Below, piece by piece: positions 1 to 12,200 of a DNA stretch of 64,000 nt. Numbering within the stretch: position 1 is the first letter of the stretch; the number at the start of each line of letters is the position of its first letter. Location of the stretch: assembly GCA_950097015.1 (NCBI GenBank), contig CATNEN010000015.1, positions 124,001 to 188,000 on the forward strand, in the 5' to 3' direction. The notes beneath the pieces were generated by a model. It worked only from the letters and a program-made list of their open reading frames with translations. It was not told where the DNA came from and ran no database searches. The position numbers were made by a program, and so were the translations under genes. The stretch is from Macrostomum hystrix (lineage: Eukaryota; Animalia; Platyhelminthes).

Positions 1-1419
1 GAATCGAATCATTCAAAAGTCATGTGACTACTACGATTATTACTCGTATTAATAGTATCAAATCAATTTTTATGTCATAGGCAACCAGCGATCCCACCAA
101 TCATGTTACCCAAAATCAATCAAAAGGTCAAGAAAGCGATAATCCATCTTTTTGCGCTTCTACTAGTTTAGTTGTAAAAAAGTCTATCCTCTCAAGTTGT
201 CAAGCGTTGACCCAGACTTTTTGACACCAGTTTGACACCTGTACTTTAAACGCTCTCATCGAACCCGAGAGGGTCCGATTCTCTATAAATACAAGAGCTC
301 CGAAGCGAGCCCAGATTCAGAGTCTCGCCGAGACGAGCAGAGTCTCGCCGAAAAGAGAAAACGGAGAGTCTGAAGTGAATCGGACTCCAGGTCCAAGACT
401 TGTGGTAAGAGTTCCTTGAGTTATCCTCATTAATTATTTTATTAGACGGCGTTCTTGAGCTAAGTTAAACCTCTCCGAGTAACCGTTAAACCAACGATTA
501 CAGCGTAATCACAGACGTGTGATTCCATTGATTATACTACAAAGGGTGAGCGCCAGACTCGTGGTAAAACCTACCAAGAACGGCTGGTAAGAAGGAACAC
601 ACTCCACAAGTGACTATTGGTTAACCGACATCAACGACAAATCAGAATCAGGAAGATACCACACCGGATTATAAATTAAATTAAATTCTCTTGCATTCAA
701 ATGATCCAGGTACCAGGAAAGATCCAGGATCTTTCCAGGAAAGGCAACCAGAAGCCAAGCGCATCAAGCACTCGAAGCCTGCAGCAACCAAAGAGAGAGT
801 GAGAGACAAGAGAACCACTAAACCAAGTAAGGTAAGATCTACAACTTCTGCTAATTAAGTATTAATTACTGGGGCACCCAGCAGTTGCTGGAAGTGATAA
901 ATTCCTAAAAAGAGAAACTAGGAACTTATCAAAACTATCCTGCCGCTAATTATTTCACAAAAGAATAAAAAAGTTAAGCTGAACAAGTACGCTCGAACAT
1001 GCATAAAAACAGATTACAGAATCGTGCCTTTTCTGATTACTACCGTGAGACTAAGACTAGAGATAATTACACAGACCGAATCTTATAGAACGCAGTAGAA
1101 GTGCTGCCCAAATGAAATGTACTTTTGAACAGAAAATTTATTCCGTTTAAAGGGGGAAGATTTTCAGGACATTGTTTCTGAATTGTTTTGTTGAATTTAT
1201 TTGAATAATAGCATCTTCGACCGATTCTTATCGACGTTTAATTCTTCGAACCTTTCCAAACCTTTGATGAGGTGTCGGTGCATTTAAGAGGGCAGACCTA
1301 TTATTAAGCATTCGACTCAAGCTGACTCAAGCATCTAGCTAAGTGTCTGGAGTGGAGTGCGAGCTACCAGAGTGCAACGAACAGTGCTTCTCTTGTCCTT
1401 TGTGCGGTCCGAGCCGCTT

Positions 1420-4400
1420 CTAGAATCCCGGAAAATCGAGCGGCTCCTTTTTCATGACGAACACCCACAGCAGCTCAACTGCTAGCAGCAGGACCCCGCA
1501 GACGTACAATGCGAGGCTGACGATGCAGGCACCACCGACACCCTCCAGAGGAATTGCGTCAGCCTCTGCTGCCGCACTGGCTGCCGTGCCGCACTCAGCA
1601 CTCTGTGGAATGAACTTGCCCGTGATCATGCCCATCACGCCGTTGGCCTTGCTCCGCTGGATTCTGCGGGACAGGCCAGGTGTTTTTTGTTAGACCTGCA
1701 CTGCATGACCTGCACTGCATGACCTGCACTGCATGACCTGCACTGCATGACCTGCACTGCATGACCTGCACTGCATGACCTGCACTGCATGACCGGTTCA
1801 AAAATCTATACAAATCGATATATTTATTTTGAGTAAGTTGGAGTATTGGAATGACAATAGCTCAAAATTAAAGATAAATTCAATAACTGAGGTTATTAAA
1901 ACAAGCGCATGTCGCTAAGGGAGCAAAATTTGGCTACTTCGCAGCTGTTTCTCGAGCCTCTGTCATCTGTGCTATGCAATGTGCCAGTAACTCTGTAAAT
2001 TCTCCATCTTCTGGAACCATCAAGTAGAGGGCAACCTTCTGGTTACTAAGTCGAAACGCAGCGAGTGCTTGACTTGCTCTCAGATCTGCACAAGAATGTC
2101 TGCTCGCCAGAAAGATAGAAAGCACTGACACCAAGCTCCGAAGAACCCCGTCAACCTTCCGACTCGGAAACCACCAGACGGTAAGAGCTGTTAGGTCAAA
2201 AGTCTCGACAGAAAATACCTAAAATCCAAAACCTACAGAAATCATAAATCAGCCTTTAATAAATTTTCCAAGAAACGATGTGTCCCGTCCTTCTGACTAG
2301 TTTGCGCGGGCTGCGCTAACTGGCGTTTGTGTACGCTGCCCACCCCTGCCACCCCCCGCGGCTTCCCCCCACCCCGGTGTTTGGGGTGGGCTGCGTGGCG
2401 GGGTGGTTTTACGAGTATGCTCCGAGGTTGGCTCTCTGGCCTCGCTGCCAATATAGAAGTAACACAAACACTTACAAGGTGTATTATAGAGATGACACAG
2501 AGAAGACAGCAACTGTCCTGAGGTTTAATTTAGAGTACGAGTATATATGCGCTGCCTCAAAGACTTATTAAGTATCTTATACCTTGGAATTCTGTTTTTC
2601 ATTTTCCAGCAGTCATTTAACTGCCGTTTAACGTTTTACTTGGATTTTAGTTTGTTATCTTTTCGTTACTCTACTTTTCTTTTGTGTTTTCTTTTAGTCT
2701 TTGTCGGTCCTTTTTTATTAAAAAAAGCAACACCCTATAAAAGAAAAAACAAAAAATTTGGATTTTAAACACGAGAATATTTGATCCAAGAAGTGATATT
2801 TTACACTCACAAGAAGTCAAAGGCTGGCAGGTAGTAGGCGTCCTTTGGGAAAGCCATCGCCAGGTAATAGGCGTTGAAATAGTTGTCAGCGTTGTAGATA
2901 TTCTGGCAGAGCTCGTTTGCATAGAACAGGCTGACGCTCAGGTCTGATATGCACACCAGGTACGGGTCCGGGATGTTGACCAACTGGGTATCGGATGAGT
3001 TCGGATGAGTGCAGCTAAAGTCGCTTTTTGGTCATGTTTTTTAAGTGCAAATTTCTATTTTCTTAATTCTTTCTAGCTACGTAAAGCACTTCAGAGTTCA
3101 TTTTCACGAACAAGCTCTCACTTAGCATATATTACATGGCAGTATTAATATATTCACAAAGGAGCTGGCAGAAAGCGAACAAATTATCAAATTACGTTGA
3201 CCCACATTCGTAGCACAGGTGTCGAATGAGTCTACTATCATCCACTGCTCGCGCAGCTTCAGCAAAGGACCGTCTGTAGCACTGAGCATTGCAGCGTAGA
3301 TGTTGGTGCCCCTGGGGACCATTGCTTTGTAGTAGGGCATTGATACCAGATCTTCAAGGCTTTGAATGGGATACTTAGCAACAGTCACTGCCAACTTAGC
3401 CGTGAGGTCACCTGCAGAGTAAAAAAGTTCATGTACTGAGATTTTAGCAGAAAGGGTGATGCGCGGAGTCCCGGCTGCCCAAGTAATATTCTCACCTGTG
3501 TACGCAGCAAATATTATTACGGTCAGCATCCACCAGAAAGCTAAAACAGTTCGTGGGCTCATGGCGAATGGATAAAAGTCCTGGCCCTGCTGCAAGAAGC
3601 TTCCGACAGCCGACCAGATGTACTCTTTCAGCCACACCTCGTCGGCAAATGCGAAGCCCAACTTGAGGTTCCAGCCCGAGAAGGGGCTGAGCCGGGCAAA
3701 GCCGAAGATGAGCAGCGGCACGGCCAGAAACATGGCCACAATGAGCGCCCAGGAGTCCCAGGAGAGCGGGGCGAACACGTTCCACAGCTTGGACTCGGCT
3801 TTAGGCCTTTTCACGAGGATGGAGTTGGAAGAAAAGAGAAATTCCTCCGAGTAGTCGATCACCTGCGAGCGGATTGTCGTGATGGCGAAGGGCGTAGCGA
3901 AGTCTGCTTCCTAAAATGAGTGAAAAGTGTTATTTAAATTCAATAGTTGGCAAATTTACGATGTTGGTTTCATAATGAACTTTTTGGCTCCAACCAAACA
4001 TTAAAAAGGATTTATAAAAACAAAAGCGAATTTTTGAAGAACAGAGGACAGTTCAGGACTTACACCCTTCTGTACCATGCCGATGCAACCCGTAAAGAAG
4101 GGAGACTCGGTCGATGGAGCCCCGAATTGGTTATCTGGCGGAGTGAAGATCTTGTACCTAAAATGATGAACACTCACTGATCAATCAGAAGAGGACTGGA
4201 CAAGCTATTTAAATAACTTACGTAAAGTTGAGATGCGCTGAAAAGAATTTCGCCAACTCGACAGTGATGCCAGATGGAATGCCGAAAGTACCATTCGAAT
4301 ATTCCGTGTAAGGTTTTGACTTGATTATTTAAAAGAAGAAAACTTTGTGAGAATTTCAAATCGAGATAATAAATTTGTCATTATTTCTGCGATTACAACT

Positions 4401-6170
4401 AGTCTCCTTACAGCAACGGCGCAGATCCGCAATGTTCTGTTCTTGAAGTCGATAAAAGTGTTGGGGAAGATGAGACTGCGCTCTCTGTAGCGGAAACTGA
4501 CTTCGAGCGACGCGTTCTCTACGAAGAACCGGCCGCTGCTCACGAACCTCACCGGATCTGTGAACTCGTCGTGGAACGTGGCGCGCGTCTCCAGGAAGTA
4601 GTTGCTCGGCAGCCAGCTGTGACCTGAGGCCAGAGGCTGGCGTTGCTGCAATGTGGGAGCGGTTTTCGGCGGTGCAGGATTCTTCAGGATTGCAGCTTTG
4701 AACCTCCGAAGTGAAGCGAGCTCCTGACCTGCTTCAGCTGGGCAGCCAGCGAGGGTCCCGCCGACCATTTTTGCAGCGGTCGACACGAAGCGTTGCTTTC
4801 GGGCAGGGCGGAGCCGTCCATCAGGCTTTGCATCGCACTGGCGAATGACAGAACGGCCTCCACCACCTTCAGCTCGACCATCTGCAGATAATGCAGCGAG
4901 GCTTATGTCATCAATGCTGCAGAGGCAAGTCCTAAGAGACTTCCTCGTGAAATTTTCCCGTAAGAGCGAACTTACTGAACGTGAGCTGAATTTGCAGTCG
5001 GGGAAGACGGTCTTGAGCTCAGTGCTGCAGTCTTCTACTGCGCCTTTGAGCATGACCAGAGACTCTCGGATCACGAGGATGTTCGCAGATTCATTTGTCG
5101 GAATCAAATCTTGGATATCGCTAAGTCGGATTGCAGTGTCGATTACAATCCAGAAGTAGTTGATTTTGAGAGTTCTTGTGGCTTGAGCCTAAAACAAAAA
5201 GTTCTCTCTGTGATTATGTCTTCCGACATTTTAATTCATAGCTCTTTTACCATTCGTACGAGATTCGCAACATTCTGTGGAGTGCAGATGACGACCTGGT
5301 ATCTAATTTTTGATTTGATGACATTGTCAAGGATGTATGTCAGGTTGCTTGCCGTGTCATCGATTTGGAAAGTCAGGCTGCTAATCTTCTTCTGTGAGAG
5401 AAGGGCCTGGAGTTCTTCAAGGATGCGGTGGTCTGTAAATTGTGTTTTGTGATTGTACCAGTCAAATAATTTATTTGGCCTGCATCGCGCACAATATCTG
5501 GACGAAAATCGGACCTTGAAACCTGTCATAAAACACGGCGACAGACTTGGCTGCGGCATTGTCCAGGATTGCCACGGCGGCCTGCAGGTAACTTTTGATT
5601 GTTGGATTGGAGACGAAAGCAATCTCTAGAATTAGAATTGTGTTATTCAGTTAACCGACTGATCTGGCCTTTGCTACACAGAATGCAAAAGCACCCGATC
5701 GGCTCTGCATTCGTACCTCCAGTGCTGTTGTCCATGCACAGTTCGGTTAAAATGGCGATTGCTGGCACCTGGATGGAGCCAGTTATTCCAAGGGCATCTT
5801 TCACAAACGAGCAGGACCCCACTGCCACAATGCCACTCAGTGCTGGCGTGTCGCACACTGCAACGTTTTAGTTTAGAAATCTCAGGAAAGGTCACATGGT
5901 TAATACGCCTTTTCACTGCCTACCTCTCTTCATCGCCTCGACCGCATCGGAGTCTTGCACGAATGCATACTTCATCACGTGCGTCTTGAAGGCCGGCAGC
6001 TTCCAGAAGTTGTTAACCAACAGATCGACAGTTCGGCGAACTGTGGAGTTGTCGACGATGCCATTCTGTGCAACCACCGCGAGCTGAATGGCGGCGCCGG
6101 AAATGCCCATCGTCCACAAGACGACAAGCGCTGAACCGACTGCTCGTTCGAATCTCGGAGCGGCTGGCAT
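1420..6170 (-). CDS. Ionotropic glutamate receptor-like subunit (signal peptide, ATD, S1, M1-M3, S2, M4), 13 exons, ~836 aa
   Basis: In-frame GT-AG exons: 5924-6170, 5717-5857, 5515-5625, 5251-5432, 4976-5188, 4729-4881, 4412-4645, 4222-4319, 4064-4157, 3496-3910, 3206-3411, 2811-2983, 1420-1663 (2511 nt). iGluR motifs: IFPNTFIDFKNRTLRI; DNQFG...GCIGMVQKGEADFATPFAITTIRSQVIDYSEEF (S1); WSAVGSFLQQG (M2); AAYTGDLTAKLAV (M3); AMAFPKDA...SKANGVM...C (S2); LEGVGGACIV (M4). Confidence 0.9.
1694..1791. repeat. 14-bp tandem repeat (ACCTGCACTGCATG) x7 in the last iGluR intron
   Basis: Seven perfect units are directly visible. Confidence 0.95.
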
Positions 6171-7601
6171 CCTTGACTTCAGGTTTCGCTCACAATGAAA
6201 CCTGTTTGAGTCAAGTTGCGGACCTTGGCAGCTTTGCCCAGCTTGTTTTGACAGGTTGGGAAAAGTTACGTGCTTGTCGTTTATATTCATCGCCAAGGGA
6301 CCAGCTAATTATTACCTTCAGATGCGCTAAGCAATGGCTCATTGGCTTGCAATCTATAGCTTAGCTTCCATGCGAACAAACTGCCAATGGAGATTTATCA
6401 CTGATGCACACTAGCAATTATCCTCGACCGTCCCGGGGCTACATAATGCCCAATAAAAGTAGCTTGGCATCAACGCCGCGGCTCTCGAGTTTCTAACGAC
6501 TCAGTGCTTCTCTCCCAAGCCCTGCACTCCGGTCGATAGACAATGCCTTTTGGCCATACACTTTGCACTTCGGCCTGAGTCCGATCGAAGATAGTCAGCA
6601 ACTGAAGGCTTTTGGCAGGTTAAATCGGTCAGATAATTTGGAAATCGGGAATTGGATTCGGTTGTGCTGGAATGAACATAAACAGTTTCGATTTCAAATG
6701 CTAAGATTGAGCCGACTGCGTCCTCCAATAGGCAAAATCGATGCATCGAATTGTCTTACAGGTTTATGCTCAAATATAAGCATGGAGTGCTGATTAAGAG
6801 CAACTTTCTCTCTTCTGATTGCGTACTGTCAATGACTATCAAATGGCTAAATGTTCACCAGCAGGCTTAACTGGTTGCGCTGCCTTTGGCTCAGAGTCTG
6901 CCATCGAAATTGATACTCACACCTGGACGCAAGGTGTCACTGTATCGTCATCTTCCCTTGAACATTCGAACTTGTAGAAAGGAAATTTTTGGAATGTTTT
7001 TAATGGGCTTCTAAATCTCCCTAAGTTAAAAAACTGCTTTTGAAACACTCTACCGATTAAAATCAAATTATATCAGCCAGAATTTCAGTTTTCGATTGAT
7101 ATCTCGTACTGCGACGCATTGGATCAGATCGCGATCAGTTTGACAGAAAATCGAAAACAAAAATTTTTAGATGTCATGCTACGAGTATATTTCTAAGCAG
7201 TTTAGGATTCGGGAGAAAAATAATGCACAAGTACGCTTATATTTACATTGAATATCGGTTGTGTGTGGGAACTAACAACTGTTAGATAACAGTTGAATCT
7301 CAGTCTTGGACTGAGGCATTTAGAACAGGTCATTACAGAGCAGTGTCAGCCACATTGGATTTTTTTAGTCTTGAAAAAAATAATTGCAAGAACATGGACT
7401 GCATATAACACAGCAACAGCACTGACTGTTGGAATTCAAAGCCTTTCTGTTACTATAAGTAGTACGTTCGTCAAAGTAATGCTTCTTTAAGGAGAAGGAA
7501 TTTTAATAGCCCTGCCTACTGCGCCATTATGTCATGTATGAAAGGACAAAATAAAACTTTTGCATACATTTATTGTTCAGCTCTGAAGGAATATTGTCTC
7601 A

Positions 7602-9260
7602 CTAGGCGAGATCGTTCAGTTGTGAGTGGCAGCTGGGGTCTGGCCCAACTCCGTTGCAAGCTAGCAACGGTCTGCGGCACTGTGGGTGCTGCTGCGACTG
7701 CTGAGACAGCTGCTGCTGTTGCTGCTCCGGCTGCTGACACCAGCTGAGCAGGTGGCCCTGATGACTACGACGCGTCTCTGGTGTGAGAAGCGAGTTGCGA
7801 AAGTACATGCTGTACTGCTGCTGCTGCGGTTGATGCGGCCGCTGCTGCTGCTGCTGCTGCTGACGCTGCTCTGGTGGGCATTCCAGTTGCTCACGGCGTC
7901 GAATGACCAAAACAAGAGCGGCGAGGGCTGTGACGATCAAGCAGAGCGACATGACTGGCACCGCGATGTAGACCGGGTGCACCAAGTCCGACACTCCGGC
8001 GTCCAGCGGGTAGTTGCCCTGGGAGCGACGTACGGACTGGCTCGGCGATGGAGTCGCTTGCCGAAGGACTGACATCGATTGGCGACCCGCATCGTCCTCT
8101 AACGAAGAGAGCGATGCAGCCGAAGACTCAGTCGGGGATGCGTCTTCTCTTGCCGATGCAGCTGCTGATCCAGCTTTAGAGGCTGATTGGGAAGCAATCG
8201 AGGATTTCATGATGGATGATGATACGGAGGCAGATGGTGCCGCAAACAGCTGTTTGCCAGTAAATGCGGGGTTGACTTGGTTCACGCGTGATGGTGCCTC
8301 AGTGGCCGCTTCGGCTCCTCGGACACCTTCCATGCTCCGGGCTGTAATATCATGGTATTTCTAAGGCTTTTGCATGCTCGAAAATAATTCCAGAATTAGC
8401 AGGGAGAATGACCACGCTATTTTCCCGTTGAGGAAAGACATCGGGGGAGAATTTCAAATGCCAACTACGCACTTAACGATAGCTCCCAAACCGAAGGACC
8501 GATTATCGTGAATTCCACCGTGAAATTAAAAATTTTCTGCCCCTTTTCAATCAACTAACTTTTGATGCCGTCCAAAGTCAGCATGGTCGAGATATTCAGC
8601 GATTCTTGTCGGAGACTCTGGTGACAAGGACAACTGACATTTCTCTGTATAAAACTCTATGGCGAATCCTTATTTGTTCACTAATTAACTCGTAAATAAC
8701 TAACAATGTAAACAGTTCAATATGATCTGGTTACATTAAGATTTTTTAGCAGAATAATTATGTCTTTATTAGGGGCTTTTGCCACCACGCACCCCTAACA
8801 GAATCGTTGAATATCTTGACGATGCCGATGCTTTGTGATTCCGGAAGTTGTTTCATGGGATACAGAGGAAAGTTTTGAGCTATTTTAAGATATGAAGAGC
8901 AGCTAATTTGGACGTATCGTGGACATGTGAAAGAGGCACTAGTTATTTCCTAAGAATAATTTCTGTCGTCAGAAAAAGTCTCACTGGTTGTCTGTTGCAG
9001 ATGTGGCAGACGTTCCAGGGTGACTCCGTTACACCAATGCCCGGTGCAGCAAACCTGGTAGGTGTCTTCATCCAGCATGGACACGGCCTGATCCCGGCAG
9101 GCCCGCTCGGCCATCCAGCCGAGGACACAGCCCTTCTCAATCAGCTGGACGGTGCTGCCGACTGTGGCGCGGACCCGACTGTAGCAGAACTCGCGCACCT
9201 TGCAGATGTCTGCGCCGCTCAACGTGCAGTCTGGCGTGGTGCAGGCACACACGAACTGAC
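7602..9260 (-). CDS. BAMBI: BAMBI-like TGF-beta/activin pseudoreceptor (activin-receptor-type ectodomain, Ser-rich stalk, TM, Gln-rich tail, no kinase); 5' exon not identified
   Basis: Exons 8985-9260 and 7602-8341 join in frame (phase 1). The ectodomain has 10 Cys, CAC..C..C..CYS..KGC..C..CCTGHWCN. TM YIAVPVMSLCLIVTALAALVLVI resembles BAMBI VIAVPIAGGLIL. Stop at 7602, with no kinase downstream. Confidence 0.65.
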
Positions 9261-12200
9261 CTGTAGCAGATGAGGAGACAAAGAGATCACACTTTTAACA
9301 AAGACTTAACCCATCTTGCAAGTCTCCCATTCGGATCGAAGGAAGGCGTGCAGCTTAGGGTTCGGCAACCTAATATTTCTTGCGGGCCTGCACAAAAGGC
9401 GACGAACTGTGCTTTCTGGAGAGATGAACGAGTAGAAACAGTAGAGAAATGAGAAAATAAATGAGATGAAACACGGGAGAGATGAGATCGGGGAGGGGAG
9501 TTTTGTAAGAGGCTAGATTTGGGATCTTTGAGGGCCTCGTCTGGCCCTCAGCTTTTCTGTTCATGGACTTTCGAGACAATGAGCTTATGTCTGAGACCTG
9601 TTGGTCATGAGTTCGAAGCGTTAACCATGGTGCTACGACGAGAAACGTGGGAATGAACCTCAGGAAATTTTTTGTCCTAAAAGCATCCAATTTCAGTAAT
9701 TACTGCAACCTTAATTAAAAGCCGGCATCATTGAATGAGCTAAACACAATCCATGCGTGGGCTAAGAAGTGCCACATGCGCGGCATTTAGATAGCACAGC
9801 TCAGCATCCCCTCATAGAAATTTCCACTTAACTTAACAACTTGGAATCTCTTGAAATTGAACCCTGAGCATTTCTGCCTCTTCATCCATTCAGCTTCCCG
9901 CTATGAGTGGGGCCTTACTTGACTGACGCCTTCTTTCACTGGCCAGGCCGCCAGGCCGAGGGGTCGCCTGACAGGGCAGGACAATGTCATCAAGGGGAAC
10001 CGGTGGCGAAAGAAGGGATGGACGATTGAGTCAAGGAACCACCAGCGGTCAGGCCTGTGTTGTGTGTCCACTCGAGTGGTTGGCATCTCTCATCTCAGCG
10101 CGAGAATGGGGAGAGGGAGAAAGAGGCCCCGCAAGCGACCAGGTTTTGAAGGACAAGGAGGCGCAATAGCGAGAGAGGCGGAGGCCTTCCTGACAGCGGA
10201 AGCCCACCCCACCGGCACAGCAAGATGCCTCTGAAAGTGCGCAGATTGGGAAGAAGACTCACTGCTGGGTCGGAGACTACGTCCAACTCGTATTTTTCTA
10301 CTCCGCTCCTTCGCAGCATCCTCTGTGTACCTGGCCAGCGGTGTATGAGCTTCCTATTTCTTCAGCAATATTGGGCTGGATTTGAGAGACAGGGGCCGCA
10401 CACACAGCTCACACACCGCTGACCCGCCGCTAGTCAGAACTGGCAGAGCGCGCGTGTTCGCATTGCCAGGCTGCGTGCACGCGATCGGCAGAGAGCTATT
10501 TCTGTGTTTTGATCCCTACGCCCGCCCGGATCTCTCTGGGAAGAGAGGAGAGAAGAATGAAGTGAGGGGAGCTGAAGTTCAAAGCGGCTGTCTGCCTTCG
10601 TCCTTCTCGCTCTCTTTGTCTCCGCCCACTTCTTCTCCACTTGCAGTCCCTCTCGAATTTTTCGCACACAATGCCTTAATCGGGCGCTCACCGCTGAGAA
10701 AGCGAGGTGAGGGAGAAGTAAAGGCTGTTTTCATAGGTCCAGGCTGATCGGCCGCACCCTTCATGGAGAATTACCATAACAGATTGTTCGGGCGTCCCTA
10801 CTATCCGATCTTGGATGAGCTGAGCATACAACTCCTGGGTCGCCTTGCCTTTTTTCTCCCTACTTTTCCCATTCGCGCGCAGGCCGCACAGACTGGCTGC
10901 CGCATGAGTTGGCAGGGCGCTGGTTCGGTGCTCAGTCTAGCGCAAAAACCGTTGAGTTCCTGCCGCTGCTGCTCTCAGCGGCTGAGCTGAGCTAGCTGCA
11001 TCCACAGGCATTCCAGGCTCTGCTGCGAACATTGCAGCAGTGTACAATAACCTCAGTTTAGGGAAAGCTAATCCCCTGAGACCAGTGAAGGCTGGGTAGC
11101 TTGCTAAACTCTTTCTTGAGGAGGTCCCATCATGCAAAGATACCAATTAAAGCACTGCGATTAAAAATTGCTTCAGAATTACTCTTTCTGATTGCAGCAT
11201 TGGTTGCTCACACTGGTAAATTGCAAATCATTTTTCTAATCTGCAGACTCAATCCGCAGAGACGAACAGGTGCTGAGGACAAAAATGATTGAATACGGGT
11301 TCCAGATTAGGATGACATCAGTCGCCTCCTGTCGGCGAGTCACAGCTTGTGAACGCAGGGGATCCGGAAATTGGTTGAGTTTCCTGCCTGGAAAATGCGT
11401 GGCAATTATTGCTGGATGCGCCAAAGACAGCTCCTGGAGATGGTTGGCCTAGTTGCTGGACACTTTCTAATTTCTCTGCTCTCGTCTGCTTGAGTGCGAC
11501 CTGGATGTCTTGTGCCACTGTCGCCGTAATACCAGTGCTTGAAAAAATGGAGCCGCGTGAAGTGATTGTCACTGAGGAGAGAAAGGCCAGTCAGGTAACA
11601 AAATTCCGCCACACGGCCGGCGATTGCGTACAGGCTGCACACATTCACCGATTGACCATGCGTCGGGCGGAAATGTCAGCTCTTGTGTAAAACTTCAGGA
11701 CAAAGTTTGTCGCCAGCGCTGTGGCAAGTACCCCACTGCTGGCTAAAGAGAAGCTGCAGTCCTGTAAAAAGTTTTATGGGGCCGTAACTTTAGCCACTTA
11801 GGCAGACATATCAGAGAGCTATTGAAGTCGAACTGGTGATGGAATGCTGGCAGTTCATCCTACAAGTTGCGCATGCAGATGTCCTGTCTTACTTTTATTA
11901 TTGTAAGGCTTGCAGAAACAGGCAGAGGTTGATGATATCAAGCCGAGTTCAGCCAGGATTTGGATTCTCCACCAGATATTAGACTTTCGCATGGAAAAGA
12001 GCACCTTCTAGGATCTGATTTGCTGGCGTGAATTCCAGTGAAGCAGAAAAGCAAGGTTACTCGGATCAGCTAAATCCATCGGATCTACTTTCCCTCGCAG
12101 TTACAATTAGTACCTGCTGTGTTTTCCGATCCCACTTTTAAATGGGGGATTGTGAGGAATACTGCTGCCGCTGCTGACTTAACTACAAAGAAGAATTAGA

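Noticed and set aside
1-1300. LTR-like or retroelement-leader-like segment (TATA CTATAAATA at ~282, AG-rich tract, GTAAG donors, purine run at ~1149)
   Set aside because: No second LTR, PBS, TSD or coding domain lies within the window, so it cannot be supported.
7017-7215. Degenerate ~200-bp foldback between the iGluR and BAMBI-like genes
   Set aside because: The arms are too diverged and no TSD is visible. At most an old MITE.
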